A stretch of DNA of 64,000 bases from the human T2T-CHM13v2.0 reference genome, Homo sapiens, in NCBI RefSeq assembly GCF_009914755.1, contig NC_060934.1, one strand, 5' to 3'. Shown piece by piece: positions 39,735 to 54,930 of this stretch. Under the pieces are notes generated by a model. The model saw only the letters and a program-made list of their open reading frames with translations, made no database searches and had not been told where the DNA came from. How positions within the stretch are numbered: the stretch's first letter is position 1; every line of letters begins with the position of its first letter. The translations under genes were made by a program, and so were the position numbers.

Positions 39735-41429
39735 CATTTGATTGAAAGCTCTGTGCCATCTGGTTACTTGAGTGGCTCTATTATGTGCAGACATAGTCTC
39801 CAACTATCTTTAATGTGACTCAGAAATGTCCTGCTATATTCAGGATCAGGTTTCAGGTAAGTTAGGAGTTACATAGACTGGATGAGAATCCAAATAAAAT
39901 CTTACACCTGAGTCAAAGAATGGGACGCTGATTCTGGAGTGTGGTGAGAGAAGGGAAACTTGGCCATGCGCTATGGGGAGTGCCGCCATGAGGGGAGGGA
40001 AGGAGAGATATGGAAGAAGCTGAAGAGAGGAAACCAAAAGTAGAGGGAAAGATGTGTGTGCTCACAGTGACGCCAAGAGCCAGCACCTTAGACAGTGCTC
40101 TTAATTGTGGGATGTGTCACTGTCTGAGAATATTCAACATTACTCCTTCCACCAAAGTATGGAACAGGAAAATTAATGTGTGTACAATGTCATTTGTTAT
40201 ACTTTCTTGACAGGCAGTAGGTGAGATACCAACACATTCTGCAGAGCTTAATGACATCATTTTAATGTAAATTGAGCCTGTTTATTTGCTTTTCCTGTTT
40301 CATATAAGGTTATGACTCTGTCTCCTGGCTACCCAGAAAAGGCCATTTTGATTTTGGATAAATAGTATCTGTAGAAATGTGTTTTTAAATAAAGGGTACT
40401 TCATGCACTTAAGTTAATGGACTTTAATAATCTATTTAATACGCTCTGGCAAGAAAGATGTTTTTACTAGCTACCATTGGAGAAACTATGTGTTCTCATA
40501 TTCAGGCATAAGGTAATTTGTTTTACACGCAGAAAATAGAGTTTACAATTTGAAATAAACAAATCACTGCTTTAAACAGTGTAGGAGAGAGTACACTACT
40601 TCAAAAATAATTGCTTGTTTACATGCATTTGCTTGTTGGAAACAAAAGACTGAAATGAGAGCTCCTCTATCGTTAGTCTGTTATGTGAAAAAATGAGAAA
40701 GTGCATACAAGGACCCAAAGCAGCAGAGAGAATTTCCCATAATGCCATGTGGACATGATAAATTGTACCATTTTGCCAGTTAATGATATATTAGATCAAT
40801 ACAGCATCTAACTCGTGAGCTTCAGCTAGAAATCTCAAGTCTGATGGAAAACTATTTTTTAGTATCTTAAGAAAGTCTCAAAACTTTGGAAAAAATTAGT
40901 GTTTTTGAAATATGGCCAAGTTATATCTTCACACATGAAAAATGTACTATATTTTTCTAGGAGTTTGAAAATCATTTTGAGGGCTGAGAGTTTTTCTAAG
41001 CAGTGTTAAAACCACATTGAATTGCTGTTAAAGGGTAATAGTCATACCCTTTCATATTGTTTTGAGAATTAAACAGAATACAGCACATGGAACAAAAATT
41101 AATATAATATCTTCGATCAAAAATATAATTCTAAAATAATATTATTCAAAAATATAATAATATTCTTGGTAGAGTAAATGTTGGCCCTAAAAAAGCATGT
41201 AGTTATCAAAATTGTCCTAAACAAAATATCATTTTCTGTTGGCTGTCATTGCTACAACCATGCCACTCTTGGAAACTGATAGAACCAACAAAGTAAATGG
41301 CAAAAAGAAATGTTGAGGACAACAATAATGCTTTCCTGATTCCTCCAAATCATTTCCTATAAAGGGCTGTACAATGAGATTGCTTAGTCTACATGCCTAT
41401 CTGTTCCACTCATTGGTAATTAAAATGAA

Positions 41430-42062
41430 CTGCTATAACAAGGAACCTCAAAATATCAGTAGCTTAAAACAATGAAGATTTACTGTTGATGTGATCCTTC
41501 CATAAGAATCAGGTAGCTCTTCTTGGGGTCCCTCTTAAATAGTTTCTTCCATGTTGCAGCCTCCTCAGTCTTAGTAGAAGAGAAAGACTTTATAATGATT
41601 GTTAGGGAGGTTTATGACCAGGTCTAGAAATAGCAACATAAGGCCAGGCATGGTGGCTTATACCCATAATCCCAGCACTTTGGGAGGCCAAGGCAGGTGG
41701 ATCACCTGAGGTCAAGAGTTCAAGACCAGCCTGGCCAACGTGGTAAAACCGCATCTCTACTATAAATGCAGAACTTAGCAAGGCATGGTGGTGGGTGCCT
41801 GTAGTCCCAGCTACTCAGGAGGCTGAGCCAGGAGAATGTTTGAACCTAGGAGGCAGAGGTTGCAGTGAGCCAAGATTGTGCCACTACACTTCAGCCTGGG
41901 CCTCAGAGTGAGACTCTGACTCAAAAAAAAAAAAGAAAAAGAAAAAAGGAAAGAAAGAAAGAAAGAAATAGAAACGTAAAATCCACTTCCATTTTAAGAC
42001 CAGAACCTAGTCCTAAGGCCACAAAGTAACTTCAAAGTGTACTGGGATGTGCCCTCTTCCTG
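41430..42062 (-). mobile_element. Old MLT1-type LTR interrupted by an Alu
   Basis: 'actgctataacaaggaacctcaaaatatcagtagcttaaaacaa' and 'ccagaacctagtcctaaggccaca'. Confidence 0.6.
41642..41968 (+). mobile_element. AluSx-like with (GAAA)n tail
   Basis: Full dimer; TSD-like 'gaaatagcaacata' / 'gaaatagaaacgta'. Confidence 0.95.
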
Positions 42063-42426
42063 TTTGCGTAGGGTAAAAAAAAAAACCAGGATATGCTTTC
42101 TTGATTCTTCAAAGCAAGTAAAGGTTTAAACTTCCCAGTATGTTCAGTTTATTTCTTAACATGCCATTAAATGAGCTGAACAATTTACTGGAAGAGGAAA
42201 ATAAGGTACCATTTGACACCTTAATTTATGTATCTCAGCATGCATAGTTGAGGTTGGTGTTAAGCACAGCTAAAGTTCCAAGTCTCCTCTGAAGCTCCCC
42301 TGGTGATCTAACTGGGCTTTCTGGTGATGGTCTCCTCTAGGCTGCTATAGTAACATTTATCAAATATGTCTCTGTATTCTTTCTTTCTGTGTATTATGTC
42401 TGTTATCTTCCTGTTTAAAGAATTCA

Positions 42427-42732
42427 GTTCTTCTCTGCTTTGTGTAGCTACTTATTTCTTTGCTCAGTTCTTGTATTCTTATATTTATATTTTCAGCCTG
42501 GCTTCCTAGGGGTCATCCCTGTGTTTTCTCAGCTCAGTGATCAACCAGCGATTGGGCAGAGATTATATTCAAACACCTTTTATACAAAGTATACAAAGAA
42601 ACAGGAAAATCTACCCTGCAGCCTGTACTCAGAAAAAATAGTGTTCAATGAAACTAACTTACAGAGTCAGCCAGGTTGTTAGATTTAACAAAGATGTCAA
42701 CACAACTATTAAAATTATGTTTAAAGAATTCA
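42427..42732. other. Locally templated chimeric insertion: inverted copy of 46818-46968 plus direct copy of 47096-47243
   Basis: Both parts about 89-90% identical to the donor by hand alignment. Flanked by the direct repeat 'tgtttaaagaattca' (42412-42426 and 42718-42732). Confidence 0.9.
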
Positions 42733-42814
42733 AGCTAAGCTTCTTATGTTTAATAATATTATATAGTGTAGTATATTGTAGTATAGTATAATATTGTAAC
42801 TATAGTAATTAAGG

Positions 42815-43010
42815 ATGTGTGTTCTGGAGTCAGACTGCAAGGGTTTGGATCTTGTGTTCATTACTTACTTGCTTTTTACCTTACCTAGTTATTTAACCTC
42901 TTTCTGCCTCAGTTTCCTCATGTAAAAATAAGCATAGTAACTAAAGTACCAACCTCATACATTTATTTTAAGGATTGAACATGATAAAATATATAAAGCA
43001 CTAAAACTGG
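42815..43010 (+). mobile_element. MIR
   Basis: 'tctggagtcagactgcaagggtttgga...ttatttaacctctttctgcctcagtttcctcatgtaaaa'. Confidence 0.85.
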
Positions 43011-43194
43011 CAAGCATTTAAAAAAAACGTGCAGTGAGCCTTCAAGAGATGCTAAATATAATGAGTAATACAATATAGAACTATGATTTTATTTGCTTGA
43101 ATCTTCTATTGCTGGTAGCATTATAGACTTACCCATAGTAGGTCACAATAAATGTTTACTGAATGAAATCATGAATATTTTGTTTCGTTGGTTA

Positions 43195-43636
<442 letters not shown>

Positions 43637-44599
43637 TAATTAAGATGTAATATTTTTATTCAGAATGAAGAATCAATGTTAAATGCAAATAAACCTGAAA
43701 AAGTAACATACTGGCTTAAATTCACACTATAATTTTCCATTTAAACACAGTATACTCAACTTTAAGTGAAACACCTCCTGATACAACATACCTAAAAAGC
43801 TGGATAAAATTTAAAAATTTAATTTTATATGTATAACTGCACTGTTGCAAAAGTAGAGCTCCTGCAAAGGCCAGAAATTATATGAAAATGCAGTTCCACA
43901 GAAGCACAGCCACTTACCCTGGGGAGTTTACCTTTTGCTTGTGACCCAGACCTGGGTTCCAAAGGTCTCACCCAGGGGATTAAAAACAAAGCTTAAAGAC
44001 ATAGCAATGTGGAACAACATACATTGAAAGCAAGAAAGATTAGTGTAAGGACAAGTGCACATCTCATTCAGAGTTCATGGAGATAATTGCTTGCCTCACT
44101 GTTTAGGGAGAGCACAAAAAAGAAAATGTATTCCTTCAATATCTCCAACCACAACTCTACCAGGTTACCTTTGTAGCCCCCCAAAAAGTAAGATCCGAGT
44201 TTAAAGTGGCCTCAAGTTTGTAGTATCCCAGCTTCTTTCTGCTTTACAGAAGAAATACAAATTCTTTCTGGAAGAATGCACCTTAAACCCAAGCTTCATA
44301 TTAAAAAAAAAATTATAGGGAATATGTGCTCCCAAACAAAAAGTCACCAAACACAAAAAAGTGAGAACCCATTAGCAAAAGCCAAGAGAAACCACAAAGT
44401 GGAGAATTTCAGACATTGGAGTTATCAGACCTAGAATATGTAAGTTTGATCTCTAACATGCTCAAGGAGTTAAAAGCATATAGCAAGTATAGTAGAGTTA
44501 CATAACATTAAACAGTGAAATAATAACTGAAAGTAGGAACTACATTAATCATCGGATTAGACTTAGCTGAAGAGAGGATTTGTGAACTGAAAGAGCTTT

Positions 44600-44760
44600 T
44601 ATTAGGAGATATACCTAATGCTAAATGATGAGTTAATGGGTGCAGCACACCAACATGGCACATGTATACATATGTAACAAACCTGCACATTGTGCACATG
44701 TACCCTAAAACTTAAAGCATAATAATAAAAAATAATAATAATAAATAAATAAATAAAATT
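44600..44760 (+). mobile_element. Short young L1PA 3' end
   Basis: 'ttaggagatatacctaatgctaaatgatgagttaatgggtgcagcacaccaacatggcacatgtatac...taaaacttaaag' with an A-rich tail. Confidence 0.93.
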
Positions 44761-45699
44761 AAAAACAAGTAGCATATAGTAAGTATAGCCATTCTAGAAA
44801 ACCGTAGAGATATTCCTCAAAAAACTAAACTTAGAACTGCTATATGACCCAGCAATCCCACTACTGGGTATATATCCAAAGATAATGGAATCAATATGTC
44901 AAAGAGATAACTGCACTATCATGTTTATTGCAGCACTATTCACCATAGCCATAGCCATGACATGAAATCAAGCTAAGTGTCCATCAATGGATGAATGGCT
45001 AAAGAATATATGGTATATATACACTATTCTGCCTTCAAAGAGAAGAAAATCTTGTCATTTGCTACAACATGAATAAAGGAGGGCATTATGGCAAGTGAAA
45101 TAAACCTGGCACAGAAAGACAAATACTGTATGCTCTCAATTATGTGAAATCTAAAAAAATTGAACTCATAGAAGCAGAGAGTAGAATGGTGGCTACCAGG
45201 GGCAGGGGTTGAAGGAGCAGGGAGATGTCACTTAAAAGGTACAAAGTTTCAGTTAGACAGGAGAAATAAATTTTGGAGATTTGTTGTACAGCATGATGAC
45301 TATAATTAATGATAATGTGTGTAGTATACTTGAAAATCACTGAAAAAGTAGATTTTAAAATGTTCTCATCAGAAAAATGATAAGTAGGTGAGCTGATGGA
45401 TATGTTAATTTGCTTGATTTAATAATTCTGCTATGTATACATATATCAAAACATTGTTATATACCATAAATATATACAATTTGGCATTTGTCAATTTAAA
45501 CAAATAAATGATGAGACCTAACTCTCAATAAATAAATACATACATACTTAAGGAATGCAAAAAAAAATTTAAAAAATAAAATAAAAATAATTTAAAATGC
45601 CACTTAAAAAGACAGAGTGGAGGTAATTGTGAAAGAAGCATTTGAAGAAAAAGAAAATATAGTGGGGAAGATAGAACACATTTCAGATTGAAGATTTGG

Positions 45700-45917
45700 G
45701 GCAGGGGAGGGCAGACTTCTGTGAAAGATCAGATGGTAAATGTTTTAGGCTTAGGGGCCATAGAGTCTTGGAAATACTCAACTCTGAGGTTGCAGTGCAA
45801 AATCATCCATAAGTAGTAATGTAAATAAATGAGCCCGGCTACATTCTAAGAAGATTTTATTTCTACAATGGCAGCACACTACATTTGGCCCTTGGATGAT
45901 AGTTTGTTAAATCCTAG
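45700..45917 (+). mobile_element. MER58A (hAT-Charlie)
   Basis: 'aaagatcagatggtaaatgttttaggc...actcaactctg...gtaaataaatgagc...tttggcc...tagtttg'. Confidence 0.7.
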
Positions 45918-48900
45918 ACTAGGAAATCATAGAAAATCAGAGCAGAATAAAATTTGAGAAGAGAATGGATTATACCTCAATCAAGATAATCTAAAAAATA
46001 AAACAACTCTAAAAAGAAAAAAAGAAGAAGTACAATAATGGCTGAGAATTTTTCAGGAATAAGTAAAATAAATGATTCTCAGATTCAAGGACCCCCAAAA
46101 TTCAAAGTGAGATAAAATAAAAATAAATCCACATCAAGATACATTACTGTGAAACTGCATAACAAGAATGATAAAGAGAAGATCTTAAAAGTAGCCACAA
46201 AAGTCAGTAAATTCTTTCCCCCAAAATTATGTAGACACCAGACAAAATTGTCAAAAATAACCACATATGGTTCCAGAAATCAACCAAAGGCAAACAAAAA
46301 TTATGAAGCATTTATTTATGAAAAACTTCTAGAGCGTTGGGTGAGAATAGTAGTCCGTGACTTTCATTCCTGGGGCTACCCCCATCACCTAGCCATCAGC
46401 AGATGCATGGTTGATGCTGTAGTTTTACAAGAGGGAAGTTGGCTGTGAAAATCAGCAACTTAATTGTCAGAGGGGACTGATTTGATTTGGAATGAAAGGT
46501 AAAAACCACACTAAGTAGCATTGTCAGTAAAAGTAGCAAACTTGATAAGAAATGAATGAGTAAAATCTGCTGCTCATAAGCTTGAGGTTGTGGTCTCATT
46601 TGGGTGGGCAGTGGACAAGCAAGAAACTTAACGAAGAGATCTTGGAAGAAAGGGCTATATAAGCTTCACACAGCCATGGCTGATTGGGAAGCACGGGTGC
46701 CTTTCAGAGAGACCACAGAAAAGTGCAAGTCAAAGAAGAGGTGAAAATGCTCAAAGTTTTAACATGTTCCCCAATACACATATATACACACACTGAAAGT
46801 AGAAGCCTTATCGCTTGAGGTGTTTGAGTACAATCTGTGCACAATCATTGGTTGACCACTGAGCTGAGAAGACACAGGGATGATCCCTAGGAAGCCAGGC
46901 TGAAAAATATAAATATAAGAACACAAGGACTGAGCAAAAAATAAGTAGCTACACAAAGCAGAGGAGACAGACTCTACAGATTAATTCCTAGCAAGTTCCT
47001 AAAACAAAACAAAACAAAACAAAACAACAACCTTGGGGGAAAAAGTAAAGAGGCTGTATTTTATGATCTAACATGTTAGTTTTCAACAAAATGGAACAAA
47101 GTATGAAAAGAAACAGGAAAGTCTACCTGCAACCTATACTCAGAAAAAATAGTCGTCAATGAAGCTAATTTACAGAGTCAGCCAGGATGTTAAATTTAGC
47201 AATGATGTCAACACAACTACTGAAATTATGTTTAAAGAATTCAGGGAAAGAAATGTATAAAGAATTAAAGGAACATATGACTAGTAACAGCACAAGAGAT
47301 ACAAAATCTCAATAGATAAGTAGAAATTATTTTTAAATAATCAATTATGTATGTAGAAAATCCCAAAGAAGCAACAGTAACAAAAAATACTGGAATTAAT
47401 AAGCAACTATAGCAAGATTGTAGGATATGAGGTTAATATACAAAAGCCAATTGTTTTTCTGTATACCAGCAATCAACGATTGAAACTTTAAGTAAAAACA
47501 CAACACCATTTACATTAGCACCAAAAAAATCAATACTTTAGGTATAAATCTAACTAAATATACACATGATCTTTATCTGAAAAATTATAAACTCAAAAAG
47601 AAATCAAAGAAGATATAAATAAATGAAGAGAGATACATATTCATGGACAGGAAGACTCCATATTGTCAGAATGTCTGTTATTCCCAATTTTATCTACAGA
47701 TTCAGTGTAATACCAATGCAAATCCCTGCAAATTATTTTGTGGATATTGACAAACTGATCTAAAGTTTACATGAAAGGCAAAAGATACAAATAGCCAACA
47801 CAGTATGGAAGGGGAAGAATAAAGCTGGAGGAGTGATACTATCCAACTTCAGGACTTACTATACTTACTATAAAGCTATAGTAATCAAGACAGGGTGGTA
47901 TTTGTAAAAGAATAGATAAATAGACAGTGGAACAGAATGAACAGCCCAGAAATTGGCCGATACAAATATAGTCAACTGATCTCTGACAAAGGAACAAGAC
48001 AATTCAATGAAGAAAGATTAGCCTTTTCAACATCTGGACATCAATATACAAAAAAAAATATGAATCTAGACACAGTTCTGACACCTTTCACAAAATTAAC
48101 TCAACAGATCCTACACCTAAATGTAAAACCCAAAACTATAAAATTTCTAAAAGATAATATAGGAGAAAATCTTTTAATCATTTAAGATTTAATCTTAAAA
48201 GATTAAAATTATAAAATATACAACACAAAAGCAAGGACTCTGAAAGAAAAAAACTGACAAACTGGACTTTATTAAGATGAAAACTCCTGCTCTGTGAAAG
48301 ACACTGTCACTAGAATGAAAAGACAAGCCACACACTGGAAGAAATATTTGCAAAACACATATCTGATTTAAAAAAAACTTGCATGCAAAATATACAACGA
48401 ACACTTAAAACTCAGAAATTAAAAAAACCACACAACTCAATTTAAAAGTAAACAAAAGACCTAAACAGTCACTTCTCTAAAGAAGATATACAGATGGGAA
48501 ATATGCATATGAAATGATTCACAATACTATGTGTCATTAGGAAATTACACATTAAAACAACAAGATACAATTACCCACCTATTAGAATACCTAAAATAAA
48601 AAAATTTTAAAAAGGTGACAAACCAAATGCTAACAAAGATGTGGGGAAAGAGAAACTCATTCATTGCTGGAGAGAACACAAAATGGTCCAGCCACTTTTG
48701 AAGACAGTTTGGCAATTCCTTACCAAGTTAAACATCGACTTACTATATGATCCAGCAATCCCATTCCCAGGTATTTATCCAAATTAGTTGAAAACTTATG
48801 TCTACACAAACACCCACAAATAAATATTTATGGCAGGTTTTTTTCATGGTTGTCAAAATGTGGAAGGAGCCAAGATGTCCTTCAATAAATGAATGAATAA

Positions 48901-49556
48901 ACTGTAGTGCCTTCCTAAACGGGAATATTATGTAGTGATAAAAATCAAGCTATCAAGCCATGGAAAGACATGTAGGAAATTATGACTATCCCAAAAGATT
49001 CAAAAATAAAAGTATATGATAAAAGTCAACAATTATTCCTAGTCAAAACTTTTAACAGTCAGGAACTTAAGGATATATACTTGATCTGAAAAAAAAAAAA
49101 GGATATCTATAAAAAACCTACAGCAAATACTATAGCCAATGGTGAAATATTGAAGGAATTCTCTTTATAGTCAAGAACAAGACCCAACTGCTATCACCAT
49201 TTCCTTTCAGCATTCTACTAGTGAGCCTAGCCATCACAGTAAGACAAGAATAAGAAGCATAAGGATTAGAAAGAAACAAAACTGCCATTATTTACTACTT
49301 TTCTCTGAAAAATTCAAATGAGTCCATATATTATTAGAATTGGCAATTTAGTAAAATTCTTTCACGTAAAATCAAGCTGAAAGTTAACTTTCAATACCAA
49401 GTATAGTCAAACATGTGAAGAAACTGGAATTCTCACACTTTGACGAGGGAAGAGTAAAATTTTATAACCATTCTGGCAAACTGTTTGCCAGTATCTATTA
49501 AGCTAAATATATAATATATATAACCTATAACCAGCAGTTTTCCATCTATGTATACA

Positions 49557-49809
49557 CAGTTGACCCTTGAACAGTACAGGTTTGAATTGCACAGGTCCTC
49601 TTGTAAGTGGGCTTTTTTCAACCAAACATGGATAGAAAATACAGTATTCACTGGGTACAAAAGCTGTGTACTGGAAATACCAATTGGAGGACCTACTTTC
49701 GATATATATGCAATTTCTGTAGGGCCAACAGTGGGACTTAAGGATATGTGAATTTTGGTATATGTGGGAGTTCTGGAACCAATTTCCTGCATACACTGAG
49801 AGACAACTG
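49557..49809 (-). mobile_element. MER8 (Tigger2-related MITE)
   Basis: 'cagttgacccttgaacagtacaggtttgaattgcacaggtcc...ctggaaccaatttcc...actgagagacaactg'. Confidence 0.85.
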
Positions 49810-50279
49810 TAATCAATGAAAATAAGTGCTTATGTCCTTCAAAAGATATAAAATAATGTTCATAGTAACTTTAGTCATAATACAAAATAATGAAAACAGA
49901 ATAATCAAATTGTAATATTGTTATATAAATAAATACCACATAGCAATGAAAAAACACAAATACGTATGACAACATGGATGAATCCTGCAGACTCAATATT
50001 GTAAACAAAGAAGGCAGAGATTAAAAAGTTCATTCCATGCGATCCTATTTATATGAAGTAGAAAAAAAGGAAAAATTAATCTCTGTTGATGGAGATCAGA
50101 TTAGAGGTTCCAAGGTGAGGGGACGCAGTATTGACTCAGAAGGTAAATGCTAGAGCCTTCTGAGAGGCTGGACATAATCTATATTTTGGTCTGGGTGGTG
50201 GTTACACAGGTGTATACATGTGTAAAAATCAACCTCAATTTATTGTTTTTTAATTTTTAAATGTTAAAATCTCCTAAGT

Positions 50280-53200
50280 TTTATTTTAATCAGCTTTATT
50301 GAGCTATAATTTATAAATATTAATAATAAATTCACAAATGTTAAATATACAATTTTATAGGTTTTGATAAATACATGCAGTTTTGTAACCACCAGCATAA
50401 TGATGATATAAAGCATCCCCAACACACCAAAAATTTCCATTGTCCTCTTTTGCAGTCACTGTCCTTCATCCATCCTGGTCCTAAATAAATGGAATCATAA
50501 AGTTGGGTAGTCTTTTGTGTTTGATTTCTTTCCCTCATAACAATACTTTATCCAAGTTGTTTTGTTGATCAGAATTTTATTTTTTTATTTCTGAATAGTA
50601 TTATATGGGCATTATTTTTATCCACGCAGTAGTTGATAGATATTTGAGTTGCTTTTGATTTAAGGCTTTGTAAATATACCTATGATGAGTATTTGAGTAA
50701 TTCTACATGTGGATATAAATTTTAATTTTTCTTGAATAAAAACCTAGTTGTAGAATTGCTGGGTCATAAATAAATACATATCAAATTTTATAAGAAACTG
50801 CTAACCTGTTTAAAAGGTGGTTGTATCGTTTTGCATTTCTACCAGCAATGTATGAGAATTTCATTTGTTCCACATTCTCACCATAATTTGGTATTTTTAA
50901 TTTCAGCCATTCTAATAATGTTTTAATTTGCATATCCTTCATGAGCAATGATGTTGAGCATCTTTTCATGTGCTTATTTACAATCTGTAAATCTTCTTTG
51001 GTGAATTGACTTTTCAAATATTTTACTCATTTCTAATCAATTTATCTTCTTATGATTGATTTTTAAGAATTCTTTATATATTGCAGATGCAAGTCTGTTA
51101 TCAGAATATATTTTGGAAAATATGTCTCAATCTATTTCTTACCTATGCATTTCCTTACCTTTAACTTTTGAAGAGCTAATGTTTTTAATTGTGTAACAAT
51201 ACTTTCTTATTTTATGGTTCCCACTTTTTGTGTTCTAAGAAATCTCAGTGTAACCTAAAGTCACAAAATATTCTCCTGTGTTTTTCTCTAAAAGTTTGAA
51301 TCTTTTTAGGTCTTACATTTAGGTCTGTAATCAACTTGAATTAGATGCTTGTGTTTGGTCTGAGATAAGCATTGAGGCTCATGTTTTGCCTATAAAAAAT
51401 ATGCAACTATTCTAGTGTGATTTATTTTAAAGGTTATTTTCCTCATAAAATTTCCTTGGTACCTTCTTCAAAAATCAATTGACCACATATGTGTGGGTCT
51501 ATATCTGGAATTTCTACTGTGGCCCATTGATCTATATATCTCATCTTATTCCAAACATACTTTCTTGCCAATTGTAGCTGTATAAGATTTGAAATTATGA
51601 AGAGTTAGCTCTTCCACTTTCGTTCTTTCTTTTCAAAATTCTTTTGGCTATTTGAGGTCTTTACATTTTTATATAAATTTTAGAATCAGTTTGCTATTTT
51701 CTACATAAAATCTAGCTAAAATCTTAATTGAGATTACAATGAATCTACAGATGAATTGGGGGACATTTAAAAGCAAAACAATAAATAGTTTTCCAATTCA
51801 TGAACATGGTATGTCTCTCCATTTATTTGTGTCTTTCTTAATTTCCCTCAGCAAAGTTTTGAAGTTTCTAGTGTACAACTCTTGCACATATCTTGTTAAA
51901 CTTATCTCTAAGTATTTCACTTTTTTGGTACTATTCTAAATGGTAATTTTGAATTTTAGTTCCCAATTATTCTTTACTAAAATACAGAAATACAATTAGT
52001 CTTATATATTTACCTCATCTTCCGTGACCTTACTAAACTTACTTACTGCTCCTAGTAGCTTTATGGTAGATTATTTTGGATTTTTCTACATAGACAATAA
52101 CGTTATTTATAAATGACAATAGTTGTAACTTTCTCTTTCTAATTGGAATGCATTTTATTTCATTTTCTTGCTTTATCGTACCAGCTAAAGCCATCAGTAA
52201 AATGCTGAATAGAAATGGTAAGGGGAAATGTAGTACCTTTTTTCAAATGTTAGAGCAACTTTACATTTCTGGGATATATTCTACTTGGTCTACTTGTATT
52301 ATCCTTTTTATATAGTGCCAGTTTCAAGTTGCTAATATTTTCTTAGAGACTTTTACATGTATGTTCATGATAACTTTTAATCTGTAGTTTTATTTTCTTA
52401 TAATGTCATTTTCTGGTCTTGATATCATGATAATTCCGGCCTCAGACTGAGTTAGAAAGTATTCCCTCTGCTTCTATTTTCTGAGAGAGTATAAATAAAA
52501 TTTGTGTTATACTATTCTTAAATGTTTGGTAAAATTTACCAATAAAGCCATCTCAGCCTGGAGCTTTCATCTTGGTTAGATTTTTAATCAACTATTCAAT
52601 TTCTTTTGTAGATATAGGACTATTACCTATATCTTCTTGAATGAATTCCTGTAGCTTCTATCTTCAAAACAAGTTGTAAATTTTATATATGTTTTCAAAT
52701 TTATTGGTATAAAGCTATTCATAATTGTTTATTTATATGATTATATCCTCTCTTTCATTCCTGATATTCATAATCTGTGTGATTCTCCTTTTTTTCTCAG
52801 TTAGGCTGGCTTGAGTCTTATACATTGTATTGATTCTTGCCTGGAACTAGATTTTGGTTACATTGATTTTTTTTTCCATTGCTTTCTATTATCTATTTCA
52901 TTGATTTTTTTTTTTTTTTTTTTTTGCTCTTTATTACTTTTCTCCTTCTGCTTATTTTAGATTTATTTTTTCCAAGGTGGATGCTTAGATCATTGACTTG
53001 AGACTTTTCTTATTTTCTAGCATAAATAGTTATGGTATAAGCTATATAATATCATATAATGCTATAACCTTACCTTTAAGCATGCTTTAGTAACATCACT
53101 CAGATTTTTATGTCATTCTAATTTTCATTCACTTCAAAGTATTTTACAATTTTTCTTTTTTCATCTTTAACCCATAGGTTATTGAGATGTTTGTTGTTTA

Positions 53201-53620
53201 ACTTCCAAATATTTGGGGCTTTAAAAAATATCTTTCTGTTACTTATTTTTAATTTAATTCTGTTGTTATCAGAGAAAATATTCCATATATCTTCATAGTT
53301 CTGTGCAGCACCTCCTCTGACTGAAAATTATGCCTTTGCCTCTCTGAACTAGGAACTCTGTTTCCTCAACTCAGGGAGACTGCTGAGCTCTGTTTGGGTG
53401 TCCCCTCCCTGCACTATGACCTGGAAACTCTTCAGATGGTGACCTGGGGCATTCACTGGGCTTACCACATTTGTTTGTATTCTCTTAGCAATCACTGTCC
53501 TGTGCTATATATTGCGCAATATCTGAAAACTATTGTTTCATATATTTTGTCTGTTTTCCTGGCTGTTTAAACAAGAGGGGTAGTTCTGGTTCTTTTTGCT
53601 CTACCATTGCCAGAAACAAG
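50280..53620 (-). mobile_element. Old L1M on the minus strand, fragmented
   Basis: ORF2-like peptide 'FTKEDLQIVNKHMKRCSTSL' on the minus strand; 'ccaattcatgaacatggtatgtctctccatttattt'. Confidence 0.85.
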
Positions 53621-53649
53621 TCAAAAACTATTTAAAGTCATATTATGTT

Positions 53650-54930
53650 TCATCATATACCAACAAACAGAAAATGCAACTTTAAAATGATGCCATTTAC
53701 AGTTGCTGAAACAATATATCTAGGAACATATTTAACAAAGGATATACAATTTGTGGAATATTATAAAACATGCTAAAAACACATTATTTAATACCTAAAC
53801 AAATGGAAGAAAAATACCATGTTAATAGATAGGAAAACTCAATAGTGTAAAATTATTTACAGACAATAAAATATCAATGAAAATTTTAATAGGTTTTATT
53901 TCACATGGAACTTAATAAGATGTTTATAACATTTGTGTATAAGAACAAAGGACTAAGAATTCCCGGGAAACTCCTAAATAAGACCTATCGCCCAATCAGA
54001 AATCATGATTTATAATGAGTCAGATTTGCACAGTGTCTAATAGCACAATCTGGGTGAATAGATTGCCTGAGTTTCAAGTCTTGCTTAGGTACCTACAATC
54101 CATTTCTTTGAGCTCAATTTCTTCATCTATATAATAACAGTGCCCACTTTGCAAGGTAATGATGAGGAATACATGAGTTAACATGTGAAAAGTGCTTGGG
54201 ACAATGGCTGGCATATCATAAACATATATTTGCTATTTTTATTATCTAGCTCTAAATCATTAAGACAGCAAACATAGAGATGGACAAGTAGACAAACAAA
54301 ACATATTAAGAAACCCAGAAAAGAGTCCCACGAAAATGGAATTTTGGCAAAGCTGAGATTTCAGATCTATGGGAAAGGGTGGGTTATGGTGTGGGATGAT
54401 TGACCAATTGATTATCCATGAGGAAAAAATGAACACTAAAAACAAAATGTTCATCAGCTGTAGAATGTAATATATTCATTCATTATAATATATTCATGCC
54501 ATGCACAACCATAAAAAGTGAAAATGAATTACAGCATATCAGATACATACATACATAAATCTCAAAAAACATAATGCCAAGCCTAAAAAAAGTCACAGAA
54601 GAATAAATACAACTTACTTGATAACATTTATGTCGACTTTTTCAAAAGCATAACTAACAATATATTGATTAGAGATATATGCACATTTGTAAAAGTATGA
54701 AAGAACATAAAAGAATCATTCAAATTAAATCCAGGAAAGCTGTCACATCAGGGTCCAAGGAGCATGTGACCAATTGGAAGCACTTAGAAGATTTCAAAGA
54801 CTTCAAAGGGAAATGTATTATTGCTTAAGCTTGGCAATGGGTACATGTGTATTCTTTGCATTGTTTTTATCTTTACATTTTAGCACATATCCTCTTTATG
54901 TCTGCTGTATTTTAAATTTTTTATTTCAAA
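53650..54930 (+). mobile_element. L1ME-like fragments with a nested MIR (~54030-54240)
   Basis: 'aatacctaaacaaatggaagaaaaataccatgttaatagataggaaaactcaata'; MIR 'gagctcaatttcttcatctatata'. Confidence 0.7.

Larger units (their letters stand above)
43760..50230 (+). mobile_element. Block of nested old L1 fragments (L1M 5'/ORF1 relics, L1MA 3' end ~44780-45510, L1MC-like ~46200-48980, L1ME-like ~49000-50230)
   Basis: A-rich sense L1 with ORF2-like peptides ('MNSPEIGRYKYSQLISDKG', 'HLNVKPKTIKFLKDNIGENL') and 'gacccagcaatcccactactgggtatatatccaaa'. Subfamily labels tentative. Confidence 0.85.

Noticed and set aside
39853-39862. Plus-strand CAG|GTAAGT as a recursive splice site
   Set aside because: Weak upstream pyrimidine tract; isolated consensus donors are expected by chance in 64 kb.
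46149-51017. ORFs resembling L1 ORF1/ORF2
   Set aside because: Short fragments of dead L1 copies broken by stops and frameshifts.
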